Below, piece by piece: positions 10,368 through 20,130 of a DNA stretch of 61,691 bases. How positions within the stretch are numbered: position 1 is the stretch's first letter; the number at the start of each line of letters is the position of its first letter. The position numbers and the translations under genes are program-made. A model generated the notes under the pieces. The model was not told the DNA's origin, made no database searches, and saw only the letters and a list, made by a program, of their open reading frames with translations. The stretch lies in sequence record DRR723986_4096; one strand, written 5' to 3'.

Positions 10368-11045
10368 GCCCCTTTGAAGAAACCGCACGGGTTTCCCGCC
10401 AGAATGGCTGCTTCCTCAACCGGTTTTTATTGCGGCGAGTTTTTCGCCGCGCCGAGTCGACTGATTCCAAAGTTGGCCAGCGGCAATCGTGGCTGATGGT
10501 TCAGTCTTGGCTCGCCATGTTGAGACGGAGGCGTGTGACACAGTCAGTGAGAGGCAGTGGCCCAGCCGCCGCCGGTTCCCAGTAGTAGCTGGTTTCCTGC
10601 TGGCAGAGTGTCTTCGCCGTCGCGTGGGCACTGCAGAAGGCGTCGGAAATCATGGCTTTTATGCGATTTCAGGCTGCTATTCGGCAATTCAGCCAGTTAG
10701 TGTGCGAATAGAATGTCCTGAATTCGCGCCACGCGTGACTCTGCTCGCAACAATGCATGTCGCCCTTCGCATAAAGTAAACGAAAGCGAGCTGGGCTGTG
10801 AATGCAAAGAAAACTCAGAAACCCCCGCCTTTTTCCGTAACTCGCTTCCGGCTAGTTGCGTTTTAATAATGTCAGGTCCAACATGCTGCTCCAGCGCCCC
10901 AGGATTGCTGATTAGCTGCCTGTATGATTGGGCACGGCCTGAATCTAGAGAAATTACACCACTTGGTGAGCGTATCGTCGGCGATGAACCGCCGCGCTTT
11001 CCGTGGGTTTGAAACTACTTTGACTTTGATTTCCGGGAGTGAAGA

Positions 11046-12692
11046 ATGAAATTTCGCCGTACGTTCGCCGTTGCAGCACTTGCCATGGCGAGCCTTGTAG
11101 CTCCAGTGGCAAATAGTTTTGCTGCGGACAAACCAGTCGCGGTTGTATCCGTGGCACCGCTCGATCGGCTCAAGAGTGACTTGGGCTACATCTTGGAAGC
11201 TGCCAACTTCGGCTCCTTCGCACCCGTCGTCAACATGTACGGCGACTTCTACACCAAGGGGATCGATAGCAGTAAGCCGATCGCCATTATCGTCACCATG
11301 GACGGGCAAGTTCCTTCGGCACTGATCTGTGTGCCAATGACCGACATGGAAGCGTTCACGGGCGCGTTGGTCAACTTGGGCGTCGAAGCTGATTCGATCG
11401 GCGACGACATGTACGAAATCTTGCCTCCAGCGGCGCAGACGCTCTTCGCGAAGCTCTCCGGTGGCTGGCTCTATGTTTCTCAGTCGGAAGACGCCCTCTC
11501 GGGCGAACTACCTGCTGATCCAGCTTCGATGCTCGGCAAGTTTCCTGAAACCTATGACGTCGCAGTGCGTCTGAGTGTTCAAGATTTGCCAGAAGACATG
11601 AAGTCGATGGTCGGCGAGCAAATGCGAGTTGGCTTCGAATCCAGCATGGCTCAACAGGGAGACCAAACTGAAGAGGAACGCGCTCTGGCTGAGCAAATGG
11701 GTAAGGCCCAAATCGCTCAGATCGAGCAACTGCTTGAAGAGACAGAGCAAGTGTTCCTCGGCTGGGCAGTCAACCCAAGCGAGCAAAACACATTCATCGA
11801 CGGAGGCGTTCGCTTCATCGAGGGAACACAGTTGGCCGCACAGGCGAACGCGAGCAAGGGCGTGCAAACCGAGTACGGTTCGTTTATTCAGCCTGGTGCC
11901 GCTGCTAGTTTTCACGTCACTTCACAAATCGCTGAGGCGGATCGTCCACTGGCGATTCAAAACTTCCGCAACTCGATGAAGCAGGCTTCAACAATGGCTA
12001 CCAGCCAGGGCGACATGCCTCCAGAAGCCAAAGAGTTGCTTGAAAGCCTACTCGACAGCATTGCAAAGGTTACCGAAGCAACCATCGAAGAGGGGCTGTT
12101 CGACAGTGCAGGAAGCCTGAGTCTGCAGTCTGGTGTTCAGTTCCTGATGGCTGGACGCGTCGCTGACGGGGAAGCTCTGGCGGCAGAAGTTCAAAAGCTT
12201 GCTGGCGAACTTCCTCCCGAGGTTGCTGAAAAGGTGACTTTCGAATTCGGTTATGCAACGCATGGTCCAATGACACTTCACAAGGTTAGCGTTCCTGTCG
12301 GAAACGATGTGAAGGCTCGCGAGATCTTTGGTGATCAAGTTGAGATTCTTGTCGCAACCGGCGGCAAGAGCTTTGCCCTCGCACTGGATCCAAGCGGTGA
12401 TGCAGCACTCAAGACGGCCATTGACGGTGTTGGCAAGGCCGCTGGTGCCTCCAAGCCTCCAGTCGCCGCGGTCTTCCGTATGGAGCAAATCCTAGCTTTC
12501 GCGCAAGGTATTGCACCGAACGCTGTCCTCGACAATGCGGTGCAAACGATTCGTGAGTACAGCGGTAAAGATGAACTCACCGTTACGGGAAGTGTTATTG
12601 ATCGTGGTGCAACGTATCGTCTTCGAATCGACGAAGGCATTCTTCGAGCAGCGGGTGCTGCTGGACAAGGTGGAGCTGGCGGAGGATTCTAG
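11046..12692 (+). CDS. Secreted acidic hypothetical protein (548 aa)
   Basis: GGGAG RBS, signal peptide ending NSFA-A, followed by a terminator. No family recognised. Confidence 0.88.
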   Translation: MKFRRTFAVAALAMASLVAPVANSFAADKPVAVVSVAPLDRLKSDLGYILEAANFGSFAPVVNMYGDFYTKGIDSSKPIAIIVTMDGQVPSALICVPMTDMEAFTGALVNLGVEADSIGDDMYEILPPAAQTLFAKLSGGWLYVSQSEDALSGELPADPASMLGKFPETYDVAVRLSVQDLPEDMKSMVGEQMRVGFESSMAQQGDQTEEERALAEQMGKAQIAQIEQLLEETEQVFLGWAVNPSEQNTFIDGGVRFIEGTQLAAQANASKGVQTEYGSFIQPGAAASFHVTSQIAEADRPLAIQNFRNSMKQASTMATSQGDMPPEAKELLESLLDSIAKVTEATIEEGLFDSAGSLSLQSGVQFLMAGRVADGEALAAEVQKLAGELPPEVAEKVTFEFGYATHGPMTLHKVSVPVGNDVKAREIFGDQVEILVATGGKSFALALDPSGDAALKTAIDGVGKAAGASKPPVAAVFRMEQILAFAQGIAPNAVLDNAVQTIREYSGKDELTVTGSVIDRGATYRLRIDEGILRAAGAAGQGGAGGGF

Positions 12693-12736
12693 CCTGCTCC
12701 AGTCGCTTCCGCGACACATCTATTTTTGACGCAACC

Positions 12737-12773
12737 AAACGCTCGGCCCCACTTCGGAGTCGAGCGTTTTTTT
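12737..12773 (+). terminator. Rho-independent terminator
   Basis: aaacgctcggc...gtcgagcgttt stem followed by a T run. Confidence 0.8.
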
Positions 12774-13046
12774 GTCATCCCATCAAGCGGCAGAATCAAG
12801 ATGCCTCGATCATGGCCTGGCATTGTTATCGTGGCGATTGTCATCGCGGCCTGGCGTTTCAGACCTAGCTTGAGTAGTTCCTTTGGTGCCTTCGGCGCGA
12901 CAGTTTCTTCGGGGGTGTAGCCCTTTTGGTGTGTGCGGTCTGCCGTTAGTGCTGGTTGGCTGTGGGTTGTTGCACTTTAAGTTGATGCTGGGAAGTCTGT
13001 TGCGTATGATGCAGGTTTTGATGTTCTTTGTTGTGTAGCAGCCGTC

Positions 13047-13646
13047 GTGGACAATCCTTATCATTTGCAACCCAATCCGGCGCAGGGAAATGTGCAATCG
13101 CAGTCGCCACTACCTCCGCACCTCTGCCCTCCACCACTGCCGGAACTAGTGTCTGCTCCAAAGTCAGCCAAGGTATTCGGCAGTCTCAATATTGTGCTCG
13201 GAGCCTTTGATCTTCTCGGCTGGCTGAGCCTCCTGGCGGCATTTAAGCATTCTGATTCGCCGTTCCATGGCCTTACTGGTTTGGATCCACGAACTGAGAT
13301 CATCGCGACAATAGTCATTAGTTTTCCACTAGCAGGTATGCTTATCGCGAGTGGGATCGGGTTGCTTAGGAATCAGACTTGGGGCAGGATGCTGGGTATT
13401 GGTTATTCGGCCGCAGTGATTGGCTACGGTGCTGTCTTTATCATCCTGTTCTACGTTTACGTTTTGCAGCCCATGTACGACGCGGGCGTCAATGATGGAC
13501 TCAGTGATGTCTCGAATCTTCCAAAGATAGCGGCTGCGAACATGGTGGTTGTGCTTCAAGTGCTCGGAATGGTTTATCCGTCAATCTTGCTTTTCTTCAT
13601 GATGCGTCGCAACTTCGCGCGGAGTTTCGGAAAGGCATCGCCTTAG
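13047..13646 (+). CDS. Membrane protein (about 4 TM) with Pro-rich N-terminus
   Basis: GTG start 'MDNPY'; 'KVFGSLNIVLG', 'IASGIGLLRNQTWGRMLGIGYS', 'YPSILLFFMMR'. Confidence 0.8.
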   Translation: MDNPYHLQPNPAQGNVQSQSPLPPHLCPPPLPELVSAPKSAKVFGSLNIVLGAFDLLGWLSLLAAFKHSDSPFHGLTGLDPRTEIIATIVISFPLAGMLIASGIGLLRNQTWGRMLGIGYSAAVIGYGAVFIILFYVYVLQPMYDAGVNDGLSDVSNLPKIAAANMVVVLQVLGMVYPSILLFFMMRRNFARSFGKASP

Positions 13647-13704
13647 TGCAGGCAGCCTGCCTGTAATCCTCCGGTGTGCCGCGTAGTGCAGGCAGCTTGC
13701 TGCA
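13644..13704. repeat. Two direct copies (40-nt period) of a TAGTGCAGGCAGC hairpin, REP-like
   Basis: tagtgcaggcagcctgcctgta at 13644 and gtagtgcaggcagcttgctgca at 13683. Confidence 0.55.
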
Positions 13705-13840
13705 TTCATCCATCGGTTCTCACGAATTTTGCATCGCTACATCTATCCGCCTGTCGATGAACCTTCCGTTGCCTGCATGATGTCTTTGCAGTAAACACAG
13801 CTATCCCAAACAAGTGAAGGTCGCTCCTGGAGAGGTCTCT

Positions 13841-13864
13841 CACGGAGGCACAAAGGCACGGAGC
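13841..13864 (+). repeat. Short tandem octamer CAC(G/A)(G/A)AGG x3
   Basis: cacggagg cacaaagg cacggagc. Confidence 0.5.
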
Positions 13865-14119
13865 CATCCCGGTCGAGTGCGAGGCGTTCCTGGCGTGTCA
13901 TGCTCTGAGTCGCCAAGCGTACGGCACGGATGCAGTAATCTGTCGTCCTATGACTACAGCAATGAGCTTCAGGACTGCCAGAATCGTATTCAGGAGTTTC
14001 AATCCATGGTTGAACATGCCATGCGCGAGATTGCAGTCAATTACGAATAACTGAGTTTGGATGCCGCTGCAAGGTTGCTTCGCAGGGCAACGCAGTTACT
14101 AAATCAAGGAAGTTTATTG

Positions 14120-14190
14120 GTAGTGGACGAGGTTACGAATCCGTTCGAAACCACTCACGGCTTCAGGGGACTCGTGGCCTCATCCACTAC
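14120..14190. repeat. Inverted REP pair (REPIN-like), GTAG family
   Basis: Arms gtagtggacgaggttacgaatcc (14120-14142) and ggactcgtggcctcatccactac (14168-14190) are complementary at 19 of 23 positions, with GTAG/CTAC ends. Confidence 0.75.
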
Positions 14191-14362
14191 GAGGAAGGCA
14201 ACTCAAGGTGAACAACTGAGTTGCCCTGGGGCGCTTCGACGGAGCGTTGGTCACCACCGCGGAAGATTTCTTGTGTGACGGTGCGAGTGCTGACGGTTTT
14301 TGTGCCCGGGTGCTTGAGCAGGTGAAGCTGATCAGCGCTGTCGACCGGCTGCGATCAATTGG

Positions 14363-15478
14363 CTAAACGATCGCTTCGCAGAGTCGGTGGTTGGTCCGGA
14401 TGAAGTGAGTAGCTTTGGCGGTGGCGTCGGGCGTTGAGAGAATGGTGTAGTACGACTGCTTGATTGATCTAGCGAGCTGCATGGCTTGCATCCAATGTTC
14501 GCGGGAGAATGGGGCCGCTTTGACGATGTCCCAGAAACCAGTAGATTCAAATAGCCCATCGATACGCTCGTGATTTGCGTCTTGAACTAAGCTCATCAAG
14601 TACGTCGCGACGCCGACTTGGATGCCGTGCAGTCGGGGCGATTCGAGGATGCGGTCGAGGGCATGTGAAATCAGGTGTTCGCTGCCACTGGCTGGCCTGG
14701 ACGTTCCACACATCGCCATTGCAAGGCCGTTCATCATAAGAGCGGTCGCCAAGAGTTGCATGCCCTGAGTATCCAGTTTGGGGCGATTCATAAAGGCGTG
14801 CACAGAACCGTCTGACAACAATGCTGCAAAATCGTCCACCGGCTCACCAGTCTCATGGAATGAGAGCTTCCAGTCGCGGACGGCGGTAAACTTGGCGACC
14901 AAGTCACCGATTCCAGATAGTGTTAATTCCTTGGGCGCCTGCAAGCAAACCTGCGTGTCGACAACTAGGCCGAATGGAATCGACGCGGGAAACGAACGTC
15001 GTGCGCCTTGGTAAGTCAAGCTAGACTGAGGGCTGCAGAAGCCATCGTTGGAAAGCGAAGTTGGCACACTGAAATACGGCAATCTAGCTTGAGTTGCAAT
15101 GTACTTGGCGACGTCGAGTGCTTTGCCGCCGCCGATGCCCACAATGGCTGAAGTTGACGATGGAACTCGACTCAGTAGCTCCAAGGCTGACTCGATGGCG
15201 ATTTCACGAACCTCTTCCCAGCCTGTCGTTTCCACGCCGTTGTTACGCAAGCTATCGTGTAGGCGATCAGGCAGCGGAGCAACCAACCCTTCGCTCTGAA
15301 GAATCAATACCCGATCATGCAAGCTGCGTTTAAGGTAAAGTCCGACGCGATCCAGTGCGCCTTCTTTGACGCGGACGACACTTGGTACGGGAACTTGTTG
15401 AGGTGTCTGCATTGGGCGGTTTCTCGCTGGTGCATCTTTGTGCTCAAGTTGCGTTTGGGCTGCGGATCCTGCGGTCAA
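14363..15478 (-). CDS. Glycerol-1-phosphate dehydrogenase-like (EgsA/AraM family) oxidoreductase
   Basis: 'GIGGGKALDVAKY', 'VPTSLSNDGFCSP', 'SGIGDLVAK', 'RPASGSEHLISHALD', 'LHGIQV'. Alternative start ATG 15412. Confidence 0.85.
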   Translation of the reverse strand: MTAGSAAQTQLEHKDAPARNRPMQTPQQVPVPSVVRVKEGALDRVGLYLKRSLHDRVLILQSEGLVAPLPDRLHDSLRNNGVETTGWEEVREIAIESALELLSRVPSSTSAIVGIGGGKALDVAKYIATQARLPYFSVPTSLSNDGFCSPQSSLTYQGARRSFPASIPFGLVVDTQVCLQAPKELTLSGIGDLVAKFTAVRDWKLSFHETGEPVDDFAALLSDGSVHAFMNRPKLDTQGMQLLATALMMNGLAMAMCGTSRPASGSEHLISHALDRILESPRLHGIQVGVATYLMSLVQDANHERIDGLFESTGFWDIVKAAPFSREHWMQAMQLARSIKQSYYTILSTPDATAKATHFIRTNHRLCEAIV

Positions 15479-15486
15479 GCCAGAGG

Positions 15487-16137
15487 CTAGACGTCAAGCA
15501 ATGCGGTGGCGATTTCGGACCAGTTTGCAAATGGGCGAAAAGAAATGTTTTCGTCGGTCAGTTGCTGAGCAAGGTCGCCACGGGCAAATCTGAGCTCGTC
15601 CGGCACCAACTTGGCAGCTTCCGCATCAGGGTAGCCATCGCCAGCAAACGCTACCGTTTGAGCCTGCTTGCACCAGTGCCGCACAACAGCGGGTTTATCA
15701 ATGCCAATTTCATGCGAAAGGAACTCCGACGCAACCGGGCGCTTCATCTCCAGGCCGGTCGCTGGCGAGTAGGTGCCTGGGTTGGCGTGCACTTCAAGTT
15801 CGACTCCCGCGTCGGAAAGAAGCTGGTCTATGTACCATTGGCACCCAGCCGACGTTACCACGATGTGCCAACCTTGCTGTCGAAGGCTGGAGATCGAACG
15901 ACTTAGGTTTTCGTCGATTTGCATTTCTCGCAACACATCGAAGACTTCTGATTCATCTTTTCGTATTGCACGGAAGTACTCGGCCAGCGCGTCAAAGTGA
16001 GTCAATCGCCCGCAGCGATATTCGTCCCAATGGTTTGGGCAGTCTGACGGAATGAGACGCTGAATCGCGAGGAGATAGAAATCGTGCTTCGTGATTGTTC
16101 CGTCAAAATCGGTGACGAAAACCTTCTCGTGGCTCAT
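15487..16137 (-). CDS. HAD-IB phosphatase, MtnX-like
   Basis: 'FVTDFDGTITKHD', 'VTSAG', 'GIDK', 'FAGDGYPD', 'RFARGDL'. Confidence 0.9.
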   Translation of the reverse strand: MSHEKVFVTDFDGTITKHDFYLLAIQRLIPSDCPNHWDEYRCGRLTHFDALAEYFRAIRKDESEVFDVLREMQIDENLSRSISSLRQQGWHIVVTSAGCQWYIDQLLSDAGVELEVHANPGTYSPATGLEMKRPVASEFLSHEIGIDKPAVVRHWCKQAQTVAFAGDGYPDAEAAKLVPDELRFARGDLAQQLTDENISFRPFANWSEIATALLDV

Positions 16138-16242
16138 CGTGTCTTCCGTTGAACAGTTAGGGGATCTCTCGGAACAGCCGCAGATCTCGGCGGCATTCTT
16201 GTGGGCAGCTACGACCGTGCAGGTGAAGGCACGGCCCGTAAG

Positions 16243-17781
16243 CTACTCCGCAGCGCTGATCACGACGCGGCGGTAGCTGGTTAAGGGGACGATTGGATTG
16301 TCGTCGGAGACCTCAAGAATCAAGTGGATTTCCGTGCCGGCAGAATCACTTGGAACAGCGAAAGTGACGCTTGGATTGTTGGAGCCTCTTACCGACGCAT
16401 TGCCTTGATAGGTGCCCGCTTCCTGGTAAATCCACCATCGGTAGCTTAGCGAATCGCCGTCTGGGTCGGATGAAGGGGAAGCATCGAGTGTGATTTTGTC
16501 GCCTGCTGTTGCTGTGATCTGGATGATGCCCAGAGCGTCGTGGCCAGCAATCGTCGCAACTGGGTTGTGATTCGCCTTCTCGAACGGCTTTATGCACCAA
16601 TCAATCCGAGCTTGGAATTCTCTGAACATCTCTCGGCGAAAACGCCAGACGGGTACACTGCGTCCGTCAAACGTCTCATTCGTTTCGGGATCAGTCCATT
16701 GCTCGGATTCTGAATCCGCCTCAAACATCGCGAACTCGTCATAGCTCTTCTCGTCGCGGCGGATGTCTTGGTGCCGCGACAGAATATTATTGTGTTTTTC
16801 ACGCGAGAACCGACCGCTCCAGCCTCCCCAGTAAAGCCGCTCGGGATCCGACAGCGTTTGATGGATGAGTCCCATCCATGGAATTGTCCCGCCGCCTTCG
16901 ATAAAGTGGAGTCGCTTGCCCATCATGCGTGGTGGAAACGCTTCTCCGAGCGCGCCATGGCCGTGCATGATGTGTTCCATGGCCCAATCATTTTGCCCGT
17001 CTGGGTCACGGCTATAAGGCTGCCAGGTGTAAGGTCCTGTAGCCTTGCCTGGGCCGCCGTACGAATAGGTCTGGTGGTTGCTACGGTGCCAAGCGATGCG
17101 AGGGTACTTGCCCGCGATCCAAGCTCCGGAGTTATCCTGTGCTCCATTTTCGAATACGATGATCTTGTCGCACAGTGCATTCATTTGCTCTGTGGAGCGG
17201 CTTTGGTCGAGGTCGACTAGAGCTTGGGCCAACGTGTTGGCTCCTGCGTTGCAGACGATATAAAGGGGCCGTGGATCGTCTTTCAGAATCGCCGATTCGA
17301 TCAGTTTTGAAGCTTCGTTGGACTTCCCAGGTGCGACAGCCTGAATGCCATACTCGGCCGTTCCCGCCTTGACGATACTGTACAAGTAGTCGGCGGTTGG
17401 CCAGCCCGGTTCGTGGAGTGCCAGGTTGCTGACGACACTTGCGTAGCCATCAATCAATCGCACAAACTTTTCAGGGTGGACACTCGTGCGTCCATCCGTT
17501 CGGTCTGCATGCAAGTATTTTCCTGAGCACGCGATCAAGCCTTCGATGTCGATCTTGTTCGCGTAGATCAGCAGGTGCATCATCTGCTGTTCTTCATCAG
17601 GCTCGTTGCCCATGTCCGCCATTACGATCAGGCGGTGCTTTGGTATGTTCTTTTGAGGCTCTGCACCATCGGTCGCCTCAGCCAGATTGCCCACGCTGCT
17701 TAGTGTCCACGCTACGCCCAAGAAGAATACTTGGTAGGCTCGCCAGAAGATTTCGACACCAAGTCGTTGAACACTCGCCAT
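16243..17781 (-). CDS. DUF1593 (nucleoside-hydrolase-like) secreted protein with C-terminal PKD/Ig-like domain
   Basis: 'RLIVMADMGNEPDE.Q....L.YAN..DIEGLIA', 'WGGWSGRF', 'FQARIDWC....ANHNP', 'LDASPSSDPDGDSLSYRWW.Y.EAG', 'LTSYRRVVI'. Confidence 0.88.
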   Translation of the reverse strand: MASVQRLGVEIFWRAYQVFFLGVAWTLSSVGNLAEATDGAEPQKNIPKHRLIVMADMGNEPDEEQQMMHLLIYANKIDIEGLIACSGKYLHADRTDGRTSVHPEKFVRLIDGYASVVSNLALHEPGWPTADYLYSIVKAGTAEYGIQAVAPGKSNEASKLIESAILKDDPRPLYIVCNAGANTLAQALVDLDQSRSTEQMNALCDKIIVFENGAQDNSGAWIAGKYPRIAWHRSNHQTYSYGGPGKATGPYTWQPYSRDPDGQNDWAMEHIMHGHGALGEAFPPRMMGKRLHFIEGGGTIPWMGLIHQTLSDPERLYWGGWSGRFSREKHNNILSRHQDIRRDEKSYDEFAMFEADSESEQWTDPETNETFDGRSVPVWRFRREMFREFQARIDWCIKPFEKANHNPVATIAGHDALGIIQITATAGDKITLDASPSSDPDGDSLSYRWWIYQEAGTYQGNASVRGSNNPSVTFAVPSDSAGTEIHLILEVSDDNPIVPLTSYRRVVISAAE

Positions 17782-18172
17782 TTTATTTCCTTCGCAGTGC
17801 CTGATTCTGCTGTTCTAGGTTGCCACCGCCCGCCCAAGTTGCGAGCGCCAAAGTTGCCGGCGCCTATGCGGTTTTGGGGGCTAGATTGCCTGCCCGCAGC
17901 GTTGATTGTGCCAAAGTCTATTGGATGTGGGGCGCGGGCGTGAGTGTCTTGCCGTGCATTCCTCTAGACTCAGCGTGAGCCTGGGCTCGAAGGCTGATCG
18001 ATATTTCAAATACTCTGCTTTGCCGCGCTTGCCTACACTTTATGACTGTCCGGCCACTTTCGACACGTTGTATAATCAATAATCGCGGCTATCAACTGAG
18101 TCGTGATCGTAAATCGCCGTATGCGAGAACCCAACACTTGAAACCGATCGTAAGCGTGGGAGCGCACCGCTG

Positions 18173-19270
18173 ATGCATCAATCCAGCTTTTTCAAAACAA
18201 GTATCGCCCTGCTCTTGGCTGTTGTTTGCTTCTATGGGCAAGGCAAAACCGCTGAAGTTGAGCAGACGATCGATGCTGGGCTCAATTTTCTGCGTAAGAG
18301 CCAAGCAGAAGATGGGACGTTTTCGATTAAAGCTGGGCCTGGAATCACGGCGCTCGCAATCACGGGTGCAATTCGGTGTGGCGAACCGCTCGATAGCCCG
18401 ATGGTAACGAAGGGGCTTGCGGCACTTGAAGGCTTCGTTAAGCCCGATGGAGGTATCTACGGAGGCGGACGACTAAAGAACTACGAAACTTGCATTGCGA
18501 TCATCTGTTTTGTGGAAGCGAATAAGAGTGGCAAGTACAACAAAATCCTTGCCGATGCGAAGAAGTTTATCACAACGAACCAATATGGAAGTGCTGGAGA
18601 GACGCAGTCTGATGACGTCTGGAACGGCGGAGTTGGCTACGCTGGAAAGGGACGCCCGGATCTTTCCAATACCGCGTACATGGTCGAAGCGCTGGTAGCC
18701 TTGGAAGCTGGGCCGGACGACCCAAGTATTCAGGCTGCCCTTGAGTTTATTTCGCGATGTCAGAACCTTGCATCGGAGCACAACACGACGGCGTTCGCTT
18801 CGAAGATTGGCGATGGTAGTTTCTACTACGAGATTCCTAAAGACAAGATTGACCCAACAGAGGATCCCGAGAAATACACTCCCGAAGGCGGACTGATTGG
18901 GTATGGAACAATGAGTTACGCGGGTTACAAGAGTATGATATATGCCGGTCTCACTGAGGACGATCCTCGAGTAAAATCGGCACTGAAGTGGATTGCTGGC
19001 AACTATACGCTGGACATGAATCCACGTATGGGCGACGCTGGGTTGTACTACTACTATCAAACGTTCAGCACCGCCCTTCAAGCATCCAAGCTTGACGAGG
19101 TGGCCGCGTCAGACGGCGAGAAACATACATGGCGGAAGGAACTAGTCGATGCACTGGCCGGCCGTCAGAACGACGACGGCTCTTGGAGCAACGAGAACTC
19201 TCGGTGGTTTGAAAGTGACAAGAATTTGTGCACTAGTTTCGCGCTGCTTGCACTTGCAAATTGCAAGTAG
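18173..19270 (+). CDS. Prenyltransferase/squalene-oxidase-repeat protein (alpha-alpha toroid), secreted
   Basis: 'FLRKSQAEDGTF', 'RPDLSNT', 'ALEFISRCQ', 'LAGRQNDDGSW'; signal peptide. Confidence 0.85.
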   Translation: MHQSSFFKTSIALLLAVVCFYGQGKTAEVEQTIDAGLNFLRKSQAEDGTFSIKAGPGITALAITGAIRCGEPLDSPMVTKGLAALEGFVKPDGGIYGGGRLKNYETCIAIICFVEANKSGKYNKILADAKKFITTNQYGSAGETQSDDVWNGGVGYAGKGRPDLSNTAYMVEALVALEAGPDDPSIQAALEFISRCQNLASEHNTTAFASKIGDGSFYYEIPKDKIDPTEDPEKYTPEGGLIGYGTMSYAGYKSMIYAGLTEDDPRVKSALKWIAGNYTLDMNPRMGDAGLYYYYQTFSTALQASKLDEVAASDGEKHTWRKELVDALAGRQNDDGSWSNENSRWFESDKNLCTSFALLALANCK

Positions 19271-19282
19271 AACTGGCTTCCA

Positions 19283-20017
19283 ATGCCTAAGATCTCGGCC
19301 TATTGGACGTCGCTAGGACTGCAGGTGGCCCTCATTGTCGTCGTTGTCGCATGGTGCTTTGGCGATGCTCGGATGGAGGGCCAGACGCTTTCGGCATCAC
19401 TCCAGTTTCGCAGTCAGGCTACATCGGAACTACCGCCACTTTCAACCGCCGCCAGCCGACTGCTTGGTTGTTTGGCTTATGCCGCGATTCTGTCTGGTGG
19501 CATCTTGGCGGTGAGTACGCTGTGGTCTGCCAAGGCTAAGGATCGATCGATCAGGTCCATTGCGGTTCTTTGTACGCTGGCTGCGGTTTGGTTGAGCATC
19601 ATGACGCAGTGGCAGGAGATCTCGTGGCTTGGGCATCGCTACCGTTCTGCTGCAGTGATTCGTAAGCTTGAACCCATTGCCCAAGAGCTTGAGCGAGCAT
19701 GGCCGCGTCGCGATGCAACCAACGAGGATCTGGGGCCGTTTATGGCCTATCCAAACGGCCGGCCCACGACCCTGATACTGCTCACTCCTTTGCCGCTTGG
19801 CGAACAATTTGGTTCACTGGCAGCCATTGATCGAGACGTCGATGGTACTCTGCGGTTTGAGCTTTCTCGGGGGACCGATTCTCTGTGGTTCGTCCGCAGT
19901 TCATCCGCCGACCAGTCGGTGGTGGAATCAGGCTTTACCAACGGAATCGGAGCAACCTACCAGCAAGACCGATACATCGAGCTCGACCAGAATTGGTCGC
20001 TTGCCCGTTTTCAGTAG
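19283..20017 (+). CDS. Hypothetical membrane protein
   Basis: 244-aa ORF 12 nt after the upstream stop; three hydrophobic N-terminal segments. Confidence 0.75.
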   Translation: MPKISAYWTSLGLQVALIVVVVAWCFGDARMEGQTLSASLQFRSQATSELPPLSTAASRLLGCLAYAAILSGGILAVSTLWSAKAKDRSIRSIAVLCTLAAVWLSIMTQWQEISWLGHRYRSAAVIRKLEPIAQELERAWPRRDATNEDLGPFMAYPNGRPTTLILLTPLPLGEQFGSLAAIDRDVDGTLRFELSRGTDSLWFVRSSSADQSVVESGFTNGIGATYQQDRYIELDQNWSLARFQ

Positions 20018-20130
20018 GTTAGCCTTATCGGCAAATAAGCGTCACAAGTTCGAGCCTGTGACGCGGAATTGCGACAACGGGCTGAAGTTTGCGTTTGCGA
20101 ACGTGAAAATCTACCCTGGACAGGAGGTGA

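Noticed and set aside
10368-11045. 680-nt gap after infA with short ORFs and a small hairpin
   Set aside because: The ORFs lack RBS and protein-like composition, and no ncRNA family was recognised.
18173-19270. Squalene-hopene cyclase call
   Set aside because: About half the expected length, no DxDD motif, and a signal peptide is present.
20025-20060. GCCGATAA (sigma28 -10) on the minus strand
   Set aside because: No TAAA at the proper spacing, and it points antisense into a gene.
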